Below are positions 34,211 to 47,184 of a stretch of 64,000 nt of DNA, in pieces. The notes under the pieces were generated by a model, which was not told the DNA's origin, made no database searches, and worked only from the letters and a program-made list of their open reading frames with translations. Position numbers and translations under genes: made by a program. Origin of the DNA: Octopus sinensis. Lineage: Eukaryota. Each line of letters begins with the position of its first letter. Within the stretch, counting starts at the first letter, position 1. The DNA lies in assembly GCF_006345805.1 (NCBI RefSeq), contig NC_043017.1:18848001-18912000 (forward strand), written 5' to 3'.

Positions 34211-37200
34211 TTATTGTTTCTCTCCTGTATGAATTTGCTTATGAGTTGTTAAGCTACTTCCCTGAGAGAATGATTTACCACAGATATCACAGGCATATGG
34301 TTTCTCTCCAGTATGAATGCGTTTATGTGTTATCAAGTAACTACTTCGAGAGAATGATTTACCGCAAATATCACAGGGATATGGCTTTTCTCCTGTGTGA
34401 GTACGCATATGTTTAGCTAACTCACTACTTAGCGCAAATGATTTACCACAGATATCACAGAGATATGGTTTCCCTCCAGTATGAATATACTTGTGAGTAG
34501 TTAAGTGACCCCTTCTAGAAAATGATTTACCACAGACATCACAGTGATATGGTGTGTCACCTGTATGAATAAATTTGTGAGTAGTTAAGTCACTGCTTTG
34601 AGAGAATGATTTCCCACAGATATCACAATGATACGGTTTCTCTCCTGTATGAATGCGTTTGTGTACAGTTAATTTACTCTTTGAAGTGAACGATTTACTA
34701 CAAATATCACAAGAATATGGTCTCTCTCCTGTATGCATGCGTTTGTGTATCGTTAGGGCATTACTATGAGAGAATGGTTTACCACAGATATCGCAGTGAT
34801 GTGGTTTCTCTCCTGTATGAATACGTTTATGTTTAGTTAAATCACCTGTTCGAGAGAATGGTTTACCACAGATATTACAATCATAAGGTTTCTTCCCTGT
34901 ATGAATATTTTTATGCATAGTTAAGATATGTTTGCGAGTGAATGATTTACTACAAATATCACACTGAAATGGTTTCTCTCCAGTATGAATACGTATATGA
35001 GTACTTAAGTCATTACCTCCAGAGAAGGATTTACCACAGATGTCACAAGGATATGGTTTATCTCCTGTATGAATATAGCTGTGTTTTGTTAAACTACTAC
35101 TTCTAGAAAATGATTTACTGCAGATATCACAGTGATATGGCTTCTCTCCTGTATGAATCCGCTTGTGTCTACTTAAGACATTTCTATGAGAGAATGATTT
35201 ACCACAAATAGCACATGAAAATGGTTTCTCCCCAGTATGACTGCGTTTATGAGAAATTAAGTAACTACTTCTATGGAATGATTTACCACAAATATCACAT
35301 TGATATTGTTCTTGTTCTGTATGAGTATGGTTCTGAGTAGTTATGGTTTCTGTTTGAGAGGATGATTTATCACTGATATTACAACTATATGGTATCTCTG
35401 TTGCATGAATATGCTTGTGATTATTTAAGACATTTCTATGAGAGAATGATTTACCACAGATATCACAATGATATGGCTTCTCTCCAGTATGAATTCGTTC
35501 ATGTGTAGTTAAGACATCTCTTCGAGCAAACTTGTCACCGCAAACATCACAGCGATATGGCTTCTCACCTGTATGTATACGCTTGTGAGTAGTTAAGTTA
35601 CTCCTTCCAGAAAATGATTTACCACAAATATCACAGTGATATGGCTTCTCCCTTGTATGAGTACATATATGGGTAGTTAAGTTACGGTTTTCTAAAAATA
35701 ATTTACCACAGATATCACAACGATATGGCTTCTCGTTCCTATGAATGAATTTGTGTATAGTTAAGGCATTCCTATCAGTGAATGATTTACTACATTTATC
35801 ACATGGATAATGCTTCTCTTCAGAATGAATATGTTCGTGACTAGTTAAGGTTCCTGCATGAGAGAATGATTTACCACAGATGTCACAGCTATATGACTTC
35901 TGTCCTGCATGAATACGTTTGTGTGAAGATAAGACATTTCGATGAGAGAATGATTTACCACAGATATCACAATGATATGGCTTCTCTCCTGTATGAATTC
36001 GTTCATGTGTAGTTAAAACATCTCTACGAGAGAATGAATTTCCACAAATATCACAGCGATACGGCTTTTCACCTGTATGTACTCTCTTGTGAGTAGTTAA
36101 GTTACTCCTTCCAGAAAATGATTTACCACAAATATCACAGTGATATGGCTTTTCTCCAGTATGAATACGTATGTGGGTAGTTAAGTTCCGGCTTTCCAAA
36201 AAAAATTTACCACAGATATCACAATGATATGGCTTCTCATAACTATGTGTGCCCTTGTGTATAGTAAAAGCAGTTTTATCAGTGAATGATTTGCTACAAA
36301 TATCACATGAATATTGCTTTTCTCCTGCATGAATAAATTTGTGTTCAATTAAGTTACTATCTCCAGAAAACGATTTACCACAGATATCACATTGGTATTG
36401 CTTCTCTACTGTATGAATCTGTTTGTGTTTATTTAATGCATTTCTATCAGAGAAGGATTTACTGCAAATAGTACATGAATAAGGCTTCTCACCAGCATGA
36501 ATACGTTTGTGAGTAGTTAAGGTTCTTCCTTCAGAGAATGATTTACCACAGATATCACAGTGATATGGTTTCTCTCCTGTATGTGTACGTTTGTGAGTAA
36601 TTAAGTGACTACTACCAGAAAATGACTTACCACAGATATTACATTGATATGGCTTCTCCCCTGTATGAACACGCTTGTGCTTATTTAAATCACTCCTTGT
36701 AAAGAATGATTTGCCACAGATTTCACAGGGAAATGGTTTTTCTCCAGAATGAATGCGTTTATGCTTAGTTAAGTCTTGATTTCGAGAAAATGATTTACCA
36801 CAGAAATTACAAGAATATGGTCTTAGTCCTGTATGTATGCTTTTGTGAAAAGTCAAGTGAATTCTTTGAGAGAAGGATTTCCCACAGACTTCACAGTGAT
36901 AAGGTTTTTCTCCTGTATGAACAATTTTGTGTGTAGTTAAGTGAGCTAGTGCAGAAAATGATTTACCACAGATTTCACAGTGGTGTGGTTTTTCTTTCGT
37001 ATGAACAATCTTGTGTGAAGTTAAGTGAACTGTTGCAGAGAATGATTTACCACAGACATCACAAGAATATGGCTTCTCACCTGTATGGATGTTTTTATGT
37101 AAAGTTAGATGAATTCTTTGAGAGAAAGATTTACCACAGATATCACAATATGGTTTCTGTCCTATATGAATGCTTTTATGTATAGTTAAATTATTTCTTT

Positions 37201-37648
37201 GAGAGAAAGATTTACCACAGATATCACAGTGATATGGCCTTTCCCCTGTATGAGTACGTTTGTGTACAGTTAGGGCACTATTTTGAGAGAATGATTTACC
37301 ACAGATATTACAGTGATATGGCTTTTCTCCAGTATGGATGCGTTTGTGTGTAGTTAGGGCATTTTTGTTAGAGAATGATTTACCACAGATATCACAATGT
37401 GGTTTGTTTTCTGCATGAATAGAACTGTGAGCAGCTTTAGGACTTGTTTCAGAGATTGATATACCAAAAATATTACTGTGTGTAGAGGTTTCTTCTGTCT
37501 CTTGCTGCAATTCATTATGAAAACCAATCCTTTCAGACTCTGTTTTAATTTTAACTGGTGTCTCATATAATTCATTTTTAATTATAATCGGTGTCCCGCA
37601 TAATTCATTTTCAATTTTAATTGGTGTCTCATAGAATTCTTTTTCCAT
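34211..37648 (-). CDS. C2H2 zinc-finger gene 4 (38 repeats, repeat 25 degenerate)
   Basis: 1145-aa ORF; contains an internal six-finger tandem duplication. Confidence 0.95.
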   Translation of the reverse strand: MEKEFYETPIKIENELCGTPIIIKNELYETPVKIKTESERIGFHNELQQETEETSTHSNIFGISISETSPKAAHSSIHAENKPHCDICGKSFSNKNALTTHKRIHTGEKPYHCNICGKSFSQNSALTVHKRTHTGERPYHCDICGKSFSQRNNLTIHKSIHIGQKPYCDICGKSFSQRIHLTLHKNIHTGEKPYSCDVCGKSFSATVHLTSHKIVHTKEKPHHCEICGKSFSALAHLTTHKIVHTGEKPYHCEVCGKSFSQRIHLTFHKSIHTGLRPYSCNFCGKSFSRNQDLTKHKRIHSGEKPFPCEICGKSFFTRSDLNKHKRVHTGEKPYQCNICGKSFSGSSHLITHKRTHTGEKPYHCDICGKSFSEGRTLTTHKRIHAGEKPYSCTICSKSFSDRNALNKHKQIHTVEKQYQCDICGKSFSGDSNLIEHKFIHAGEKQYSCDICSKSFTDKTAFTIHKGTHSYEKPYHCDICGKFFLESRNLTTHIRIHTGEKPYHCDICGKSFSGRSNLTTHKRVHTGEKPYRCDICGNSFSRRDVLTTHERIHTGEKPYHCDICGKSFSHRNVLSSHKRIHAGQKSYSCDICGKSFSHAGTLTSHEHIHSEEKHYPCDKCSKSFTDRNALTIHKFIHRNEKPYRCDICGKLFLENRNLTTHICTHTREKPYHCDICGKSFSGRSNLTTHKRIHTGEKPYRCDVCGDKFARRDVLTTHERIHTGEKPYHCDICGKSFSHRNVLNNHKHIHATEIPYSCNISDKSSSQTETITTQNHTHTEQEQYQCDICGKSFHRSSYLISHKRSHTGEKPFSCAICGKSFSHRNVLSRHKRIHTGEKPYHCDICSKSFSRSSSLTKHSYIHTGDKPYPCDICGKSFSGGNDLSTHIRIHTGEKPFQCDICSKSFTRKHILTMHKNIHTGKKPYDCNICGKPFSRTGDLTKHKRIHTGEKPHHCDICGKPFSHSNALTIHKRMHTGERPYSCDICSKSFTSKSKLTVHKRIHTGEKPYHCDICGKSFSQSSDLTTHKFIHTGDTPYHCDVCGKSFSRRGHLTTHKYIHTGGKPYLCDICGKSFALSSELAKHMRTHTGEKPYPCDICGKSFSRSSYLITHKRIHTGEKPYACDICGKSFSQGSSLTTHKQIHTGEKQ

Positions 37649-38299
37649 AATTCTTTTTCTCTCACCAGTTCCTATATTTTATTTTTTACTGTTTCTTCGA
37701 TATTTCCATCAACTTTGATCTTTGTTTATATATGGAGATGGTTTGCACTTCTTTGTTCACTTCTCCAAGTTCAATGAAAATGCAAATCTCTGCATATATT
37801 CTAAGCTACTAATCTCACTTTGGAAAATACATTTCCCAGATATTCCACCACAGATTTATCCAAACAGAACCATATTTATTTGGTATCACAACTTCCTTCA
37901 GTCTTAAAATGATAAATAAATATTGGTGATGCATCTAAACAAATTCTTTCAGACCAATGACTTTTGATAATCTGAAATAATATAGAAATAGTATAAGATA
38001 TATGAGTTAATTAAATGTAGACATCCATCAGCAGAAAACATTGATATATTGTAAATACAATCTTTTACATGATCCAATCAACATTTACTTTTTAATTTTC
38101 TACTAAAATTACATCATACAATCCTGTGTGAAGTCTACATATTTATAGATTATGGATCTTTTGTTTGGCTTTCACTTTTCAATTTATTCAGGTTTGTTCC
38201 CACTGATTTCAATTTGGTGTATTGATGTAGTTTTGTAGGCTAATTATGGAAATGAAATTCATTCTTGCCATTAATTAATAAATAAGTTAATAGCTTTTA

Positions 38300-38415
38300 A
38301 AGTTTGCACAGTTTCCGTCTACCAAATCCACTCACAAGGCTTTGGTTGGCCCAAGGCTATAGAAGACACTTGCCCAAGGTGCCATGCAGTGGGACTGAAC
38401 CCAGAACCATGTGGT
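38300..38415 (-). mobile_element. SINE family B 5' part in the gene 4 intron
   Basis: Reverse complement reads GGTTCAGTCCCACTGCATGGCACCTTGGGCAAGTGTCTTCTATAGCC. Confidence 0.8.
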
Positions 38416-38527
38416 TTTTGTGAAGATTTTCTATCATTCTTTCTCTCTTGTCCAGACGTCGTTACCATTGATTTTTATAACTTTAGCATTTTCACCTATT
38501 ATTCTTTTCAAACGTGTTTGAATTTAG

Positions 38528-38936
38528 GATCTTTTCGGTTTGAACGGCAGTTTTTAACATAATTTCTAGGTAACTAAAAAATTTTAAACTTCGTATACTA
38601 GTAGAATGTGTTTATAAAACATCTTTTTCTCTTGGCTTTATTGAGAAAATTCTATAGTTTGTAAGATATCTGTTGTCTTTTTTTCTTCAATTTCTGCAAT
38701 CTCAACCAATCACTGACGTCTATTGAGGTAAAAAACATTCTGTGCCGTATGAATATGTCCCCCGTTTAAGAAACACATTGGGTTTATTTACATTTGTGAA
38801 GAAAAAAAGATACCCTTCCCATACCCCTAACCCTAAAACAGATTGAAATGCAATAGATCGATACTGGGGTCATAATTATGGGTGACAATTTCATATGACA
38901 CCGCTAGAAAAATCTGCCGTTCAAACCGAAAAGATC
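38528..38936. mobile_element. MITE with 23-bp terminal inverted repeats, in the gene 4 intron
   Basis: GATCTTTTCGGTTTGAACGGCAG / CTGCCGTTCAAACCGAAAAGATC. Confidence 0.8.
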
Positions 38937-39921
38937 TAGAATTTGTAATCTAGTGTAATCTACACTCTAGAAAACGTATTTCTGCAAAATGTTATCTTAA
39001 ACTATGGGTAAAGAAAAGAGACTAACGCAGTTTTGCACATCACCTTCAAAACGCATTTTTTGCCCTCACCCACCCATTTTTTCCGAACAAAAATAAGGGG
39101 TTTACGACACATTATGCATCCATAATGCATGTAATTTGAAAGGTATTAATAGATATTTTCCTCAAAGTTAAGGGCGAAAACTTCGGATCTTGTGAATTTT
39201 CCCAAGTCCTTCCTCTCCCTACCTCCTCAGAAAAGATTTTATAACTAATGTATGTCGCTTGAAAGGTATTTATATGAAATTCATTAAAAAAAAAACATTT
39301 TCCTAAAAGTTATGGGGGAGAAACTCGGATGTTGTGAATTTTCCGAAGTCCTCTCCTCATCTCATTGCTTTCCGCGCATTTTTGTTTTCATATTTGTTTC
39401 CTAGATATTTTTTTTTTGTACCCGTTGCACTACATTTTTAAAAATTTCGTTTCCTGGTAATATTGTAAACAGTAATCGAAAATAGTACAAATTATTTAAA
39501 TTGGAAGGTAAGTTAACAGCAACAACACTAAAAATAAATGTTAATTGAATTTAAAATATCCCCCAAATTATAAACAAAGTGAATACTACATAGTATTAAA
39601 ATAATAACAAAACATTAAGTACAAAGATCACAGAACATTATAGTAAGAGGTCGAGAAAACTCGATTGAATGAAGAAAACATGAAAGATACCACGTATAAA
39701 TCAGTTATTACGAATCAGTGGTGGTGGTCACTGGTAGGTAGACAATGGAGTTGATCAACAGAGAAGTCTTACCGTTATATATATATCTGAGTGTATGAAT
39801 ATATGATAGGTAAATATTCTTTTTTCTTTTTCGATAATTATTTCAAATTAATATATTATTCTTAAGACTTTGTTCGATTGAAATATTATTGACTATCTTT
39901 CTTAGACAATGGCAGGCTGAA

Positions 39922-39936
39922 GTCGGAGCATGCGCG
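39922..39936 (-). promoter_or_regulatory. Diverged promoter motif, gene 4
   Basis: Minus strand CGCGCATGCTCCGAC at the homologous distance from the donor; lacks CCGGA. Confidence 0.5.
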
Positions 39937-40501
39937 TAAAGGCATGTTCGTTAGCAAATGTCCTGAAACACCTTCACGTAAACATACATATATGTAAACG
40001 TGCATATATATATATATACACACACATCTATACAGTTTGCAGATTTGCATTCCATAATAATGTCAGTCATTTTACTGGCACACATGCATATTTTTTAAAG
40101 CTGAAAATGCCAATTATCTTTCTTTGTTTATTATGATTATTATTTTAATAAATCACGCGCACATATAAATACATGTACACGTTGTTTCCTTAGTGATGGT
40201 AGCTCTTACAAGGGAGGTAACCATTTCTTCATAATATTGACATGAAATTAGGTATTTTGATTTTAATTCGAGATTGAGGATTAAAAGGAAAAAGATACGT
40301 AGAATACGTACACTTTTCTTATTTCCATATTACAAAATTTACCGTTAGGCGGAAGTAAAAATCCTTTGCGACCTTTTGGGGTTTTTTTTATACAGGAACA
40401 CGCTATTGGTAAGACTTCTGTCCCCCACTAAAACCACCCGTTTAAAATGATTTTTTTTTTCGATACCATCCCCCACTTTTCGGCTACGAGGAATACGAAT
40501 C

Positions 40502-41274
40502 TGGGATCTTTTCCTTTTGGACGGCACTTTGTAACATAATTTCTAGGTAACCAAAAAGTTTTAAACTTCGTATACTGGTAGAATGTGTTTATAAAACATC
40601 ATTTTCTCTTGGCTTTATTGAGCAATTCGGCGAGCCGAAAATTCTATAGGTTGTAACATATTTCGTCTAAAATTTCTTGCATTTCGGCAATTTTGACCAA
40701 TCAATTACCTCCATTGACGTAAATAACATTCTGTGCATAATGAATATGGGATCTTTATGGCCTCTATTGAGCTAAAATCATTTGCTGCGTCTAAAACTGA
40801 GACAACATTCTGTCACTAACCCTCACCCTGACCCTAAATTTTAGCCTTTCGTTTTTTTTTTTCTTAAATGTTAAATCAATTTAGTTGTTACGCGTGTCTA
40901 AAATTATTCGTTTTGTTTTTGTTTTCGTTTTTTTTTTCTTAATTGTTAAATTAAAATTATTTTCCATTGCTTTCGTTTTTTTCTTAATTGTTATCCTTAA
41001 ATTAATTTAACAATTAAGAAAAAAAAACGAAAGGCTAAAAGTTAGGGTTAGTGTCTGTTTTAGACGCAGCAACTGATTTTAGCTCAATAGAGGCCATAGG
41101 ATTGGTTAAAATTCGAAAAATTAAACTACATTAAACTTATAAATTACAATTTTCTCAAGAAAGCAAAGAAAAAAATGTTTTATTTTGACACATTCTACCA
41201 GTATACGAAGTTTAAAAGTGTTTAGTTAACTAGAAATTGTGTTGAAAACTGCCGTTCAAAAAGAAAAGACCCCA
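40502..41274. mobile_element. Long palindromic MITE, same family as 38528-38936
   Basis: The left arm shares AACATAATTTCTAGGTAAC...AAACTTCGTATACT with the 38.5-kb copy; 41020-41274 is an imperfect reverse complement of 40502-40870. Confidence 0.75.
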
Positions 41275-42041
41275 GTACATAGAGTAATGTATAAAAAGAC
41301 AGAAAAGTGAATGAGATATTAAATTTAAAAAAAAGGGGGAATATCAGGTGCAGTGTTGGCGTTAGTTTATTCTCTGCTTCAGTATTTCTAGGTGTGAAAA
41401 AACGTTTCCTAAAGTCATGAGAGCTGTGCTATTTTTTGATTTTGTAACCATGTCCATGGGCTTATACATGTGTGGGACCGTGTATGTATTCTTACCTGCA
41501 TCTGTATCTAACGTATAGGTCTGTGTTGTTACCAGTGTGTAAACATATTGCGTACAAGTGGTATGGAAGAGAATGTAAGGATGCCAATTTGTGTGTAGAC
41601 TAGAATTATCATTGTTGTTTTACTATTAATAATCTTTTTTTGAATAACTATTTGAGGCTAAACTGGATGCTTTTTCTCCATTGAAGTGACTGGAATCATT
41701 CGCTCTGTATTTTGATAGATGCTTAATGTGATCCCTGATGCCTATTAGTCTATATTCGTCTTGTGTTGTCTTAGTGTTAGATCGTAAATCAAATTTGTGT
41801 TCTTTCTCGTTCTTCTCCTTTGTAGTCTGTACCTAATTTATTGACACCTCTTGAACACACGCACATGTTTTTATATATACTGGAACCCTTTTTTTGAAAC
41901 TTCGCTTTTCTCTGTCTTTCATGATATATCTCCTGGCACTGCCACGTCAGTTATTAAGCACTCTTGTTTGTCCCTCCTAAAGGTTACTATATCCAGCCTT
42001 CATTGCTCTAACACCTTATCTGCCTGGAAGCGAAAGTTGTT

Positions 42042-42275
42042 GATGAGCTGGCAGAATTGTTAGCACACTGAATGAAATGCTTAATAGTATTTCACCTGTC
42101 GCTCCGATTGGAGTTCAAATTCCACTAAGGTCAATTTTACCTTTCACTCTTTTGGGGTCAATAAAATAAATACTAGTTGAACATAGGGGTCGATGTAATT
42201 GACTCATCCCCCCACCCACCCAAAAAAAGAATGGCTGCCCTTATGGCAAAATTTGAAACCATTATTATTACTAGC
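42042..42275 (+). mobile_element. SINE family A
   Basis: GAGCTGGCAGAATTGTTAGCAC head and conserved core. Confidence 0.8.
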
Positions 42276-42739
42276 AGAAAGACCACTCACCTGGCGGTTT
42301 TCTGCTAGCCATTTGATATTTTCACATTTGATTCCCAATTCTAATTTTTATGATATTTTATGTCTAATTATTTATTTGTATAATAGTGCTCACATGCTTA
42401 GCAAATATTGCTTTCATTATTTTATCAGTCATAACTCTCTTTTTTAAACAAACATGACAGTAGTCCAACAACAGAGGGGGAAGCAGTTTAAGTTTTACCT
42501 TCCCCTCAAAGCAACATAGAGATTTCAATTCAGCAGCCCATCTGTAAGCTTTGCATTGTGTGTGTGAGACTCTCTCACACACACACTCTCTAAGAACATT
42601 GCAAAGAATGAATGAAATAAACATGAAATGAAAAAAATGTATAAATAAAAGGACATTACTACAGATGCATATATGTCCCTGACTTTGTTACTTATAACAT
42701 CCAGAAAATGAATACTTTTTAACAAAATTTTCTACAAAT

Positions 42740-43620
42740 ACCATGTAGGTATATCGATTGTTGAAAGATAACTCTTCAGGTTGTACTTAAGCCATGGTTG
42801 TCCAACATTTGTGTACATTATCAAGCTGGCTGGCTATACATGAAAACTTTAGGTATTCTTTTGTCAGTCATTCTGATGACATGACCAGACCAGCATAGTT
42901 GTGATTGCATAAGAAAAGTTTCAGTTTCTAGTTTTACACTATTTGAAGAGGTTGGCATTTGATATTTTGCCCCCCCATAGAGTGTAACCACAAATTACCT
43001 GAAGACAACGTTCAGCAAAGATGTCTAGTTGGTTGATGTGCAATCTATATGTAGTCTAAGATTCTAATTTTTAAGTGTGATCAGTACAACAGCTTTGTAG
43101 ACCCGTATCTTTTGTGTCTACTTTTATATCCCTATCATTCTATAGGCAATAATGAAGTTTGCCAAATGCACTGGTAGCTTTCCCTATATGATTAATTATC
43201 TCATCAGTAGAGGCATTTGAACTCACCATACTATCAAGATTTGTAAATGATATCACATACATGAGATCCTTTTTGTCAACCTTTATAGAGGTGTCTGGGA
43301 ATTGGTGGATTTTGTTTTGGAGCTGGTATTTCTTTGGGCATAGAGCACAACTGGTGGATCACTGCCATTTTGTTTCTCCTGTTGATGGTAAGCCTGAAAG
43401 ATTTGCTTGCTACAGAGAAAGTGATTTACATTTTCTGGGCTTCCTCAAGAAAAAGATGTTTCTACAGGAGCAGTATCGTCTGTGAAAAGATCTTGAATGA
43501 TGCTAGGCTGTATATGTGATTAGCTTTGAACTCTTGATGGTTGAAGAATCCACCACTGGTCCAAATTTGGAATTTAACACCTGTGTTATTTTCACTAAAG
43601 GTATACTTGAGCATCACTGA
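42740..43620 (-). mobile_element. RTE (BovB-like) LINE RT fragment
   Basis: Minus-strand pieces such as TSGGFFN, TDDTA, IGKATSAFGKL, RVYKAVVL and HINQLDIFAERCL. Confidence 0.7.
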
Positions 43621-45637
43621 GAAAAATAGTGCAACAACTGGGGCTTAGACATAACCTTGTTTTGTGTCATTTGTCTGTATAACTTTGAGTAATACTTAAT
43701 CATTTGAAGTTGTTGAGCTTGTCTCACGTTATATATAATTTACTTTCTGAATCATTCTCATAGGCTAGAGTCATTATGTTTATTTTTTTTTGTATTCAGA
43801 AATTCATTCTGCTCTTCTTTGTTTCACAATGCTCAACTAAAGTTTTTATGTTCATAAATTCTGACTGGATTTTCTCCTTTTTCTCACTAGTAAATCTAAT
43901 CATTATATGAAATATGCTATGTGTCAACAATATATATTTAAAATACTATACGTATTTGTATTCATAGTCATTTTACTGTCAACCACTTTATTTCATATAT
44001 TCCACTACTACCTTTTATAGTCAACTTACTGAAAGTAATCATATATTCAACTTTAGCCTATTTACACTTGATTTAAGTGGAACAAAAATCAGAAATATTT
44101 TAATAACAGGTTGAAAATTTAGACGGCCAAGGTGTTTTGGTACTTCCTCATATCTATATAAGAAATATTAATGTTCAGGAACTTTAGCAGTGAATGTGAA
44201 TACCTTTGTAGCTCTTGCACAGAATGTGTCATAAATATTGTAAATGGGCTGATTTTGCTTAAACTAAACCTTCTGTCCCTTGAAAACTTCTAGAAGTTGT
44301 ACGTAACCTGTTTGTAAGATCATGTACTCATGGGTAAATATGCATATATTATAGTAGTTTTGAATTCATATAGAACATTTGTGAAATTAGGTGCAGCATT
44401 TATTATAGAAAATGACAATGTAGAATAACGAGTAAATCATTGACTATGACATACATATTAAAAGTTATCAAAGCCTGTATATCTGGAGAATAATTTTCTT
44501 CTTTACTAGTTATTTTGGCATTTTTATTGATGTCCTCATACTCAAACTAGCAACATTCATCATGCACATTTTTCAATACTATATATATATATATATCCAC
44601 TAAGAAAAATTTTATATTCACTCATACAAGTCAATATGTGATAATTATTTCAAAGTTTAGTACCACACCCACTGTCATTATTGATGGCTTGGGTAATCTA
44701 GTATATATATATATAATAGAACTGGTTTCCTTAGAACTGGCAGCTTTTAGAACCTGAGACAGGATTAAATATAACTTTGAAGTTAAGGAATTATGAGACA
44801 GATACATAGAATTCACTTGCAATTTCCTCTACAGGCCATCCCCACCACCTCTTGATCACCAATCCTCCTATCAACTACCTAACAACCAGCAGCATTTAAT
44901 TGCTGTAATTAAACATGAGCAGAACTACATACATCAGCAGCTTTACTCTCATACCATTTACATTTTGTATTAATCAGAACCAATTCATTTGACTTCCATT
45001 GTTTGTACTTAGCACTGTCCTTCGATACCCACATTTTATAAGGATCACCCTTCTGTGCAAATAAATTATCTCATTTTATACACCACCATACACTTCTCAA
45101 TCCCCCAATAAACTACACTTGCTTCCCTTGTTGACAACCCAAGCACATGTAATCTCTCTTTCATTCATCCTTACCCTGTCTATTGTATCATTATTATTAT
45201 TGTTTTGGTCTTCACTATTTTCTGTACTATTTGTCATCTCTCTCTCCACACCTACTTCACCTAAACATAGATGCATCATTGATAACCACCCCTTATCCAT
45301 TTTTCACTACATCCACCCACCTCAATATTACTCAATTTCTATAGTCATTGCCTACCTTTTATCTAACATACATTTATCATCCCTCAACAGTTGTTCTCCC
45401 TGTTCATCTGTTCGCATCCCTTCAACTCACCTCATACCTTAAAGTTCCATTCCAACACTTAATCATCACTATTTTATTTCCATTTCCATCCTGGTCACTC
45501 CACTCATTTATAATGTGAGTGGCTACATAGCTTCTCTACTGCAAGAAACCATCTCTGTTGTGACCTCTTCTTTCATTATTCAATATTTCCTGTGTAACAT
45601 ACTTTCTAATAAATGATTCACCATAGATATCACAGAA

Positions 45638-47017
45638 TTATGGTTTATCTCGTGTATGAATATGTTCGTGTTTAGTTAAGCCACTTTTTCGACAGAATGA
45701 TTTACCACAGATATCACAGGGATATGGCCTCTCCCCAGTATGAATGCGTTTGTGTGTATTTAAGTCACTACTTTGAGAGAATGATTTAGGACAAATGTCA
45801 CAGTGATATGGTTTTTCTCCTGTGTGAGTACGTATATGTATAGTTAAATCACTACGTAAGGCAAAAGCTTTACCACACACATCACAGAGATAAGGTTTTC
45901 CCCCAGTATGAATATATTTGTGAGTAGTTAAGTGTCCTCTTCTAGAGAATGATTTACCACAGATATCACAGTGATATGGTGTGTCACCAGTATGAATATA
46001 TTTGTGAGTAGTTAAGTCACTACTTTGAGAGAATGATTTACCACAGATATCACAGTGATATGGTTTCTCTCCTGTATGAATGCGTTTGTGTACTGTTACT
46101 TTACTCTTTGAAGTGAATGATTTACCACAAATATCACAAGAATATGGTTTCTCTCCCGTATGCATGCGTTTGTGTATAGTTAAGGCATTACTATGAGAGA
46201 ATGTTTTACCACAGATATCGCAGTGATGTGGTTTCTCTCCTGTATGAACACGTATGTGAGTAGTTAAATCACCACTTCGAGAGAATAATTTACCACAAAT
46301 ATCACAATGATATGGTGTTTCCCCTGTATGAATGCTTTTATGCATAGTTAAGAGATCAACATGAGAGAATGATTTACCACAAATTTCACACTGAAATGGC
46401 TTCTCCCCTGTATGAGTGCTTTTGTGTACAGTTAAGGCATTTCTTTCGGTGAATGATTTGCTACAAATATCACAGGGATATGGCTTCTTTCCTGTATGAA
46501 TATGTTTGTGTTTTGTTAAATTACTTCTTCCAGAAAACGATCTCCCACAAACATCACATTGATATGGTTTCTCACCTGTGTGAATGCGCTTGTGTACATC
46601 TAAGCCACTCTTTGTAGAGGACAATTTACCACAGACATCACAGCGATATGGTTTCTCACCTGTGTGCACACGTATGTGTTTAGTTAGGGCATACACTTTA
46701 GAGAATGATTTACCACAGACATCACAATGATATGGTTTCTCTCCTGTATATATAGTAGTGTGAGCAGTTCTGGGACTTGCTTGAGAGATTGACATACTAA
46801 AGTTATCACTGTGCGTAGATGCTTCTCCTTTCTCTTGCAGTGTCTTACTAGGAAAATCAATCCTTTCAGACTCAGTGTTAATTTCAATTGATGTTTCATT
46901 TTTTTTAATTGAAATGTTAACAATATCACTGTGTCTATACGTTTCTTCTGTCTCTTGCTCCATATTGTTACGAAAATCAATCCTTTCAGACTGTTTTAAT
47001 TTGAATTTGTGTTGCAT
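45638..47017 (-). CDS. C2H2 zinc-finger gene 5 (13 fingers; ancestral start lost)
   Basis: ORF track opens on TTG at 47032; the first in-frame ATG is at 47017. The region holding the ancestral MEN-type start is replaced by a SINE at about 47050-47168. Confidence 0.8.
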   Translation of the reverse strand: MQHKFKLKQSERIDFRNNMEQETEETYRHSDIVNISIKKNETSIEINTESERIDFPSKTLQEKGEASTHSDNFSMSISQASPRTAHTTIYTGEKPYHCDVCGKSFSKVYALTKHIRVHTGEKPYRCDVCGKLSSTKSGLDVHKRIHTGEKPYQCDVCGRSFSGRSNLTKHKHIHTGKKPYPCDICSKSFTERNALTVHKSTHTGEKPFQCEICGKSFSHVDLLTMHKSIHTGETPYHCDICGKLFSRSGDLTTHIRVHTGEKPHHCDICGKTFSHSNALTIHKRMHTGEKPYSCDICGKSFTSKSKVTVHKRIHTGEKPYHCDICGKSFSQSSDLTTHKYIHTGDTPYHCDICGKSFSRRGHLTTHKYIHTGGKPYLCDVCGKAFALRSDLTIHIRTHTGEKPYHCDICPKSFSQSSDLNTHKRIHTGERPYPCDICGKSFCRKSGLTKHEHIHTRDKP

Positions 47018-47049
47018 ATAATTGATTTTCAATTATAATTGGTGTTAAA

Positions 47050-47168
47050 ACAGTGAGCTGGCAGAATCATTAGCATGCCAAGCAAAACGCTTAGTGGCAT
47101 TTCGTCTGTCTTTACATTCTGAGTTTAAATTCCACTGCGATCGACTTAGCTGTCCATCCTTTCAGGGA
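47050..47168 (+). mobile_element. SINE family A 5' half, inside the predicted exon 2 of gene 5 (antisense)
   Basis: GTGAGCTGGCAGAATCATTAGCATGCC...CATCCTTTCAGGG. Confidence 0.85.
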
Positions 47169-47184
47169 TTCATCTAAAGATTGT

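Larger units (their letters stand above)
37972..39690 (-). other. Predicted 5'-UTR intron, gene 4
   Basis: GTG|GTATCT donor; TATATTATTTCAG| acceptor; enlarged by SINE and MITE insertions. Confidence 0.55.

Noticed and set aside
38822-38840. CCCTAACCCTAA as an interstitial telomere
   Set aside because: Only two units, and they lie inside a MITE.
41380-42030. Possible decayed retroelement coding sequence
   Set aside because: I could not assign any motif with confidence.
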